Source: Spirochaetia bacterium | GTDB lineage: Bacteria; Spirochaetota; Spirochaetia; CAKZLE01 | DNA length: 64,000 bases | Reading direction: 5' to 3' | Assembly (NCBI GenBank): GCA_963677595.1 | Contig: OY782041.1 | Span: 1,248,001-1,312,000 of the forward strand | Shown here: in pieces, positions 58,192-64,000 of the stretch | Layout: each line of letters starts with the position of its first letter | Numbering within the stretch: position 1 is the first letter of the stretch | Made by a program: the position numbers and the translations under genes | The notes under the pieces: model-generated | Told to the model about the DNA's origin: nothing | Databases searched by the model: none | What the model saw: the letters and a program-made list of their open reading frames with translations, nothing else

Positions 58192-58796
58192 ACGTCCCCA
58201 GGCCGATCGCCGTCCTCGGCTCCACCCGGGGTACAGACATGCAGGCGATCATCGATGCCATCGCAGGGGGCTCGCTCTCCGCTGAGATCACGGTAGTGGT
58301 CTCGGACAGGAAGAGGGCCGGGATCCTCGAGCGGGCACGGGACCATATGATCGAGGCGGTACACATCCCGGCACGTTCGGGTGGTGTCCGTAAAGAACGC
58401 GAGGAGTATGACCGTGAAGTCGATGCAGTCCTGCAGCGACATAAACCGGAGATCATCCTCCTCATCGGCTACATGAGGATCGTATCGCCCTGGTTCTGCT
58501 CACAGTGGGCCGACCGCCTGGTCAATGTCCACCCCTCCCTGCTCCCCGACTTTGCCGGGGGCATGGACGGTGATGTCCATTCGGCAGTCATCGCTGCGGG
58601 CAGAAAGGAGACCGGCTGCACGGTCCACCTGGTGACTGAGGAGGTCGACGGGGGACCGATCCTGCTGCAGAAGCGATGTCCGGTCCTCCCCGGGGACACG
58701 CCGGACACGCTGAAAGCGAGAGTCCAGCAGCTTGAGGGAGAAGCCCTCATAGAAGTGATCAAGGAGTATGAGCCAGATTCCAGATTCACCTGTTGA
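58188..58796 (+). CDS. purN: GAR transformylase
   Basis: GYMRI, NVHPSLLP, GCTVH and VDGGPI motifs. Confidence 0.95.
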   Translation: MNVPRPIAVLGSTRGTDMQAIIDAIAGGSLSAEITVVVSDRKRAGILERARDHMIEAVHIPARSGGVRKEREEYDREVDAVLQRHKPEIILLIGYMRIVSPWFCSQWADRLVNVHPSLLPDFAGGMDGDVHSAVIAAGRKETGCTVHLVTEEVDGGPILLQKRCPVLPGDTPDTLKARVQQLEGEALIEVIKEYEPDSRFTC

Positions 58797-58872
58797 GAAT
58801 CTGGCCTTGGAAGTTTTTTTAAAGAGGATCTCATCGTGAGATTCCCTCGTGACAACCACAAAGAGGTAAGAG

Positions 58873-60423
58873 ATGAACAAACAACCGACAACGGTACGAC
58901 GGGCACTGCTGTCTGTCTCAGACAAGAGCGGCATCGTCGAATTCGCACGCGGACTCAGCGAGATGGGAGTCGAGCTGGTATCGACCGGCGGGACTAAGCG
59001 GGTACTCAAGGAGAATGGTATCCCCGTCCGCGGTGTATCGGAGCTGACCGGATTCCCTGAGATGATGGACGGAAGGGTCAAGACCCTCCATCCCCTCGTC
59101 CATGGGGGGATCCTCGGGCTGCGGGATGAACACGCACAGGCGGCGGAGGAACACGGCATTCCCTGGATCGACATGGTCGTCGTCAACCTCTACCCATTCG
59201 AGGCTACGATCCAGGACCCTGAGGTGAAGCTCGATGATGCGATCGAGCAGATCGATATCGGGGGACCGACGATGATCAGGTCAGCGGCGAAGAACGTCGG
59301 CTGGGTCTCGGTGATCGTGAACCCCTCGGACTACGAGGCTGTCCTCGGTGAGCTGAAGGACAACGGTACGGTAGCCTATGAGACCCGCAGCCGCCTCTGT
59401 GCAGCGGCATTCAGGCATACCGCGCAGTATGATGCACTGATCCAGGCCTACCTCACCGAGGAGGAGTACCCCGAGGAGGTGACCCTCACCTATCGGAAGT
59501 TCTCCCCCCTGCGATACGGAGAGAACCCCCACCAGCGTGCAGCTGCCTATAAAGAGATCGTCCCCCCTGCGAAGAAGGAGGCCCTCTCGATCCTCGATGC
59601 GGAGATCCTGAACGGGAAGGAACTCTCCTACAACAACCTCAATGATGCCACCGGCACCATCGAGACCCTCAGGGAGTTCACAGAACCCGCCTGCATCGTC
59701 GTGAAGCACGCAAATCCCTGCGGGGCAGCGACCGGGGAAGACCTCCTCGAGGTCACCAAAGCCGCATTCGAGGCGGACCGGCTCTCAGCCTTCGGGGGAC
59801 TCGTTGCCATCAACCGGACCTGCACTAAGGAGATTGCCCAGTACTTCAGGAAGATATTCTTTGAGATCTTCATGGCGCCCGACTATGAGCCCGAGGCGCT
59901 GGAGATCCTGAAGCAGAAGAAGAACCTCAGGGTCCTCAGGCTCGGGGACGTACCACCGCTCAACCCCATCAGGTTCAACAAGTTCGTCGGCGGCGGCCTG
60001 CTCCTCCAGGACAGGGACTGCTCTCTCATCAGCGAAGGAGACCTGAAGGTCGTGACCGATTCCGCCCCCTCAGACGGGGAGGTCAGCGACATGCTCTTCG
60101 CCTGGAAGGTCCTCAAGCATGTGAAGTCCAACGGCATCCTCACCGCGAAGGACCAGGTCACCCTCGGTATCGGGCCCGGACAGGTCTCGCGTGTCGATGC
60201 GGTCAAGATCGCGCTGGGCAAGTCGGCAGTGACCGAAGGGGCCGTCCTGGCCTCTGACGCCTTCTTCCCCTTCCGGGACAGCATCGATGAGATCGCACAG
60301 ACCGGCATCAGGGCGATCATCCAGCCGGGAGGCTCAGTCCGGGACCAGGAGGTCATCGACGCCTGCAACGAGCACGGGATCGCGATGGTCTTCACCGGCA
60401 CACGCTGCTTCAACCACGGCTAA
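58873..60423 (+). CDS. purH: bifunctional AICAR transformylase/IMP cyclohydrolase
   Basis: ALLSVSDK, GRVKTLHP, IDIGGP, LRYGENPHQ, KHANPCG, SDAFFPF and IIQPGGS motifs. Confidence 0.97.
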   Translation: MNKQPTTVRRALLSVSDKSGIVEFARGLSEMGVELVSTGGTKRVLKENGIPVRGVSELTGFPEMMDGRVKTLHPLVHGGILGLRDEHAQAAEEHGIPWIDMVVVNLYPFEATIQDPEVKLDDAIEQIDIGGPTMIRSAAKNVGWVSVIVNPSDYEAVLGELKDNGTVAYETRSRLCAAAFRHTAQYDALIQAYLTEEEYPEEVTLTYRKFSPLRYGENPHQRAAAYKEIVPPAKKEALSILDAEILNGKELSYNNLNDATGTIETLREFTEPACIVVKHANPCGAATGEDLLEVTKAAFEADRLSAFGGLVAINRTCTKEIAQYFRKIFFEIFMAPDYEPEALEILKQKKNLRVLRLGDVPPLNPIRFNKFVGGGLLLQDRDCSLISEGDLKVVTDSAPSDGEVSDMLFAWKVLKHVKSNGILTAKDQVTLGIGPGQVSRVDAVKIALGKSAVTEGAVLASDAFFPFRDSIDEIAQTGIRAIIQPGGSVRDQEVIDACNEHGIAMVFTGTRCFNHG

Positions 60424-60447
60424 GCCGGACCCGTTCCCACACACTGA

Positions 60448-60487
60448 AAGCCCTGGTTCATGAGGATAGGATCATGGATCAGGGCTT
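60448..60487 (+). terminator. pur operon 3' hairpin
   Basis: AAGCCCTGGTTCATGA...TCATGGATCAGGGCTT with G-U pairs on the plus strand. Confidence 0.65.
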
Positions 60488-60650
60488 GCTCCTGTTACGA
60501 ATCATCCCATGATTTGCCTAAGGCCCGATAAAGTGTTATAGTTATAGTACCTCATCACCATTAAGAAGTTGTCACAATTACCCTTATGATCTTTCTGCGC
60601 CTGATGCACCCGGGGACAACTGTCGATTTTAGGTAAAATGGAGCTTAACT

Positions 60651-62897
60651 ATGAACCAGGAAACAAAAGAGTCTATCGTCAAACTCATCATCGAGGAGAA
60701 CCCCGAGATCTACCAGATCCTCAAGGACCCGGCACTCGGACAGAGACAGGGACTGAACCGGATCTGGAAGGTGATCCTGAGGATGCTGCAGGAGCATCCC
60801 AAGGCATTCGGGTACTACACCGGGAAGGAACAGGGGGAGAAGGCGTTCTTCAAGCTCTCCTGGCGTGATTTTGCCTTCATCAGGGTCCTTGATTACCTCG
60901 AGTACGAAGGGGACTCCTTCCCAGATCAGAATCTCCACGGCGAGGAGGTCGTCTCCCGGCCGTTCGGCCTGATCAAGGAGGCTATCCAGACCGGCAGGTA
61001 TGAGGCCTCCATCGATTTCTATGAGGATATGCTCCACCTGCTCAGGCAGCTTAACGGGATAGAGCGGCCCGAGATACCCTCCAGGCAGAAGGTCATGGAC
61101 TGGATGGGCGGCCACCCATCAGGTCTCGATGAGGAGATCCGGCATATGCGGGAGCGCAACAAGCAGCGGATCATCCGGCTCATCTATGAAGATATACAGG
61201 GTGCCGAACAACAGAGCGGCAGGTTCACCCTCGATGAGGATATGGACTCGCACACAGCCCTCAACCAGCTGCAGGCATGGTGGGACAATGACATGTTCCA
61301 CCTCAAGTACGCCGTGAGAAGTGTCGAGGGACTGCAGCGCTACCTCGGCGGGTCGCTCTCCGACGAGACGATCACGGTGATGAGCGATGCAGTGAGCAAG
61401 GGGATCCCCATCTTCGTGACCCCCTACTTCCTCTCACTGCTGCTCATAGACCCCTACAAGAAGTACCAGTATGCCGATATAGCCATCAGGGACTATGTCC
61501 TCTACTCCCGGGAACTCGTCGATGAGTTCGGGTCCATATCAGCATGGGAGAAGGAGGATGTCATGGAGCCCGGCAAGCCGAATGCGGCAGGCTGGATACT
61601 CCCATCCAACAACATCCACCGCCGGTACCCCAATGTCGCCATCTTCATCCCCTCCACCATGGGCCGTGCCTGCGGTGGGCTGTGCGCATACTGCCAGAGG
61701 ATGTACGACTTCCAGAACGGCCGCTTCAACTTCGACCTCGAGAAGCTCAAGCCGAAGGAGAACTGGTCCTCACGGTTAGAGAAGCTGATGAAGTACTTCG
61801 AGGAGGACTCCCAGCTCCAGGATATCCTGATCACCGGTGGGGATGCCATGATGAGCTCTGTCGATGCCCTCAAGGAGGTCCTCGATGCAGTCTATACCAT
61901 GGCCGTGAACAAGATCGAGGCGAACAGGCTGCGCGAGGATGGTGAGAAGTATGCCGAGATCATTCGCGTCCGGCTCGGGACGAAGATTCCCATCTACCTG
62001 CCCCAGAGGATCTCAGACTGGAGGGTCGCGGTCCTCAAGGCCTTCAAGGAGAAGGCCGAGCAGGTGGGCATCAAGCAGTTCATCATCCAGACGCACTTCT
62101 CCACCGCCATGGAGATCACCCCGGAGGCAGCCCGTGCAGTATCGAGGCTGCTCGAGGCCGGGTGGACAGTGACCAACCAGGAGGTGTTCACCGTCGCTGC
62201 CTCCAGAAGGGGCCATACGGCGAAGCTCCGCCAGACCCTGAACACCATCGGTGTCCTGCCCTACTACACCTTCACGGTGAAGGGGTACCATGAGAACAAG
62301 CATTTCTTCGCAAATAACTCACGCTCCATCCAGGAGCAGATCGAGGAGAAATCGATCGGCAGGGTCGACCCCAAGTACTACAGCAAGATACGAAGCTTCA
62401 TGAAGACCCCCAACCATATGAAGGAGCAGATCGAGGAGCTCAGGAGTGCCGAGGAGATCCCATTCCTCGCTACCGACAGGAACACGATCAACCTCCCCGG
62501 GGTCGGGAAGAGCAATACCTACCGGACCATCGGGATCACGGCAGACGGCAGGAGGATCCTGGCCTTCAACCAGGACCACAGCCGGCCGCACAGCCCGATC
62601 GTGGACACGATGCAGGAAGTCATCATCATCGAGTCGAAGTCAGTCGCCTCCTACCTGAGGCAGCTCGAGACCATCGGGGAGAAACCTGATGAGTACCGGA
62701 GCATCTGGGGGTATTCAGCCGGCTACATCGAACCGAGGATCCCGATCTACGAGTACCCGGGGTATCCCTTCGCCACCACGAAGGAGTACACGAACCTCGA
62801 GCTCGCCCCTGAGCAGAAGGAAGAGATCAGGAGCAGGGCAACAGAGGTTCAGTTCACCGACATCGATACCGAGATCAACGAAGGCTACACGGACTGA
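60651..62897 (+). CDS. long KamA-family (lysine/glutamate 2,3-aminomutase-like) radical SAM protein
   Basis: CGGLCAYC, ILITGGD, QTHF, NQEV, PYY and NLPGVGK (PLP-Lys position), plus a ~300-aa N-terminal extension. Confidence 0.85.
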   Translation: MNQETKESIVKLIIEENPEIYQILKDPALGQRQGLNRIWKVILRMLQEHPKAFGYYTGKEQGEKAFFKLSWRDFAFIRVLDYLEYEGDSFPDQNLHGEEVVSRPFGLIKEAIQTGRYEASIDFYEDMLHLLRQLNGIERPEIPSRQKVMDWMGGHPSGLDEEIRHMRERNKQRIIRLIYEDIQGAEQQSGRFTLDEDMDSHTALNQLQAWWDNDMFHLKYAVRSVEGLQRYLGGSLSDETITVMSDAVSKGIPIFVTPYFLSLLLIDPYKKYQYADIAIRDYVLYSRELVDEFGSISAWEKEDVMEPGKPNAAGWILPSNNIHRRYPNVAIFIPSTMGRACGGLCAYCQRMYDFQNGRFNFDLEKLKPKENWSSRLEKLMKYFEEDSQLQDILITGGDAMMSSVDALKEVLDAVYTMAVNKIEANRLREDGEKYAEIIRVRLGTKIPIYLPQRISDWRVAVLKAFKEKAEQVGIKQFIIQTHFSTAMEITPEAARAVSRLLEAGWTVTNQEVFTVAASRRGHTAKLRQTLNTIGVLPYYTFTVKGYHENKHFFANNSRSIQEQIEEKSIGRVDPKYYSKIRSFMKTPNHMKEQIEELRSAEEIPFLATDRNTINLPGVGKSNTYRTIGITADGRRILAFNQDHSRPHSPIVDTMQEVIIIESKSVASYLRQLETIGEKPDEYRSIWGYSAGYIEPRIPIYEYPGYPFATTKEYTNLELAPEQKEEIRSRATEVQFTDIDTEINEGYTD

Positions 62898-64000
62898 GGG
62901 GCACCCCGCTTCTTCCTGATCTCCTCATCGGAGATCAGGGAGTCCACGAGGAACTCCATCCTGTTGGCCACATTCACCTCACTCATCCCTGAATCCATAT
63001 CGAGGAACAGCAGGTTCAGTTGTGGATAAAGTGTGCGTATCCTCTTCTCGACCCCTTTCGCGATGACGTGGTTCGCGATACAGCCGAAGGGCTGGAGGCA
63101 GACGATGGTGTTCACGCCCTCTTCGGCGAAGGTCACGATATCGCCGGAGAGGAGCCAGGTCTCACCGAACTGGTTGATCAGGTCGATGACGCTCTCTGCC
63201 CGATGTGCCATCTTCTTGATCGAGTGGAACGGGGTGATCTCTCCCTTGAACTGACCGAGAAGGTCGTTAGCACGTCCGAAGAAGCGGTCCATGAAGCCCT
63301 CTGCCCGTGAGAGCAGGTGGACGATGAACTGCTTGACCTCCTCGATATGGTTCTTTGCATTATACTGAGTGGAGACAAGGGGGATCAGGAAGAAGTCCAC
63401 CAGCGGCGGAACCTCCGGCTGGATGCCCCGCTTGATGAGCCAGTCCGTGGTATAGAGGTTCCCGAAGGGGTTGAACTTCACGTAGATCTCGCCGACGATC
63501 CCGACCTTCGGGACCTTCCCGAGATCGTGCATCGGGAGTTCGTTGAACTCAGCTATCACCTCCTCGAGCAGCTTGAACATCTTGTTCCTCGAGTGGTGGT
63601 TGATGACCTGCTTACCGAGGTTGAGGTACCGGTTGACGATCTTCAGGGCTGAACCCTTCTCCACCTCACGTACCGCAGCATAGTAGTAGAGCTTTGCCAG
63701 GACGTCACCGAAGACCATCCCGTAGAGTGCGGTGAGGGTGAACGGCAGCTTCCTCACGGCGAAGCCGGGCTGCTCGTTGAGCATCCTGCTCGACCGGTTG
63801 TTCGTGGAGGCGGTGACTACCGGGATATCATCATAGCCGGCACGGATCAGGGCCCGTTTCAGCAGTGAGACATAGCTCGATGCACGGCACTGGCCGCCCG
63901 TCTGGGTCAATCCAACAGCCACGTTGTTCAGATCGTATTTACCGCTGCGTAAAGCCTTTATGAGATCACCGATCACGATGGTCGCAGGGTAGCAGATATC
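62885..64000 (-). CDS. C-terminal part of a CoA-substrate-specific activase/2-hydroxyacyl-CoA dehydratase-like protein (truncated by the window end)
   Basis: DICYPA, QTGGQCRASSY, VGIVGEIYVK, GETWLL and QPFGCIANH motifs. Confidence 0.85.
   Translation of the reverse strand, partial: DICYPATIVIGDLIKALRSGKYDLNNVAVGLTQTGGQCRASSYVSLLKRALIRAGYDDIPVVTASTNNRSSRMLNEQPGFAVRKLPFTLTALYGMVFGDVLAKLYYYAAVREVEKGSALKIVNRYLNLGKQVINHHSRNKMFKLLEEVIAEFNELPMHDLGKVPKVGIVGEIYVKFNPFGNLYTTDWLIKRGIQPEVPPLVDFFLIPLVSTQYNAKNHIEEVKQFIVHLLSRAEGFMDRFFGRANDLLGQFKGEITPFHSIKKMAHRAESVIDLINQFGETWLLSGDIVTFAEEGVNTIVCLQPFGCIANHVIAKGVEKRIRTLYPQLNLLFLDMDSGMSEVNVANRMEFLVDSLISDEEIRKKRGAPQSV

Noticed and set aside
58768-58845. 23-aa ORF between purN and purH with a T-TTT-TTA slippery site and hairpin
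   Set aside because: The SD is only 1 nt from the ATG, and neither a -1 frameshift nor read-through joins it to purH.
1-64000. CRISPR arrays, IS elements, prophage; apparent GATC abundance
   Set aside because: No regularly spaced repeats, transposases or phage genes seen. GATC frequency is plausibly explained by ATC/GAT codon preference and cannot be quantified without computation.

Overview
GC-rich bacterial core-genome window, most likely a Spirochaetota (Sphaerochaeta/Spirochaeta-like). This is inferred from the archaeal/eukaryal-type PheRS pair, a stand-alone EF-G, the hprK-ptsH-lexA-holA and carD-ispD-ispF gene orders, and a class II PurE. It holds about 60 CDS and one tRNA-Cys; I saw no CRISPR array, prophage or transposase. 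Main loci are: a malate/GlpR-like flavoprotein cluster; a convergent c-di-GMP two-component module; gpx-ohrR; DNA repair genes (lexA, uvrC, an SPL-family radical SAM, atl); maltodextrin genes; a 9-gene pur operon; and a long KamA-like radical SAM. The most interesting unexplained signals are regulatory. (1) A ~280-nt structured pur leader carries a GNRA-capped hairpin, mutually exclusive helices, a terminator and two uORFs, and matches no riboswitch I recognise. (2) A 17-nt motif (CCCCTTTTTTATGYGGG) opens a uORF in both the pur and fusA leaders. (3) At least 8 genes show a strict leaderless promoter geometry (-10 box, 6-7 nt, ATG). PurQ also carries two fused PurS-like domains. All structures were derived by eye; no folding or database search was run.
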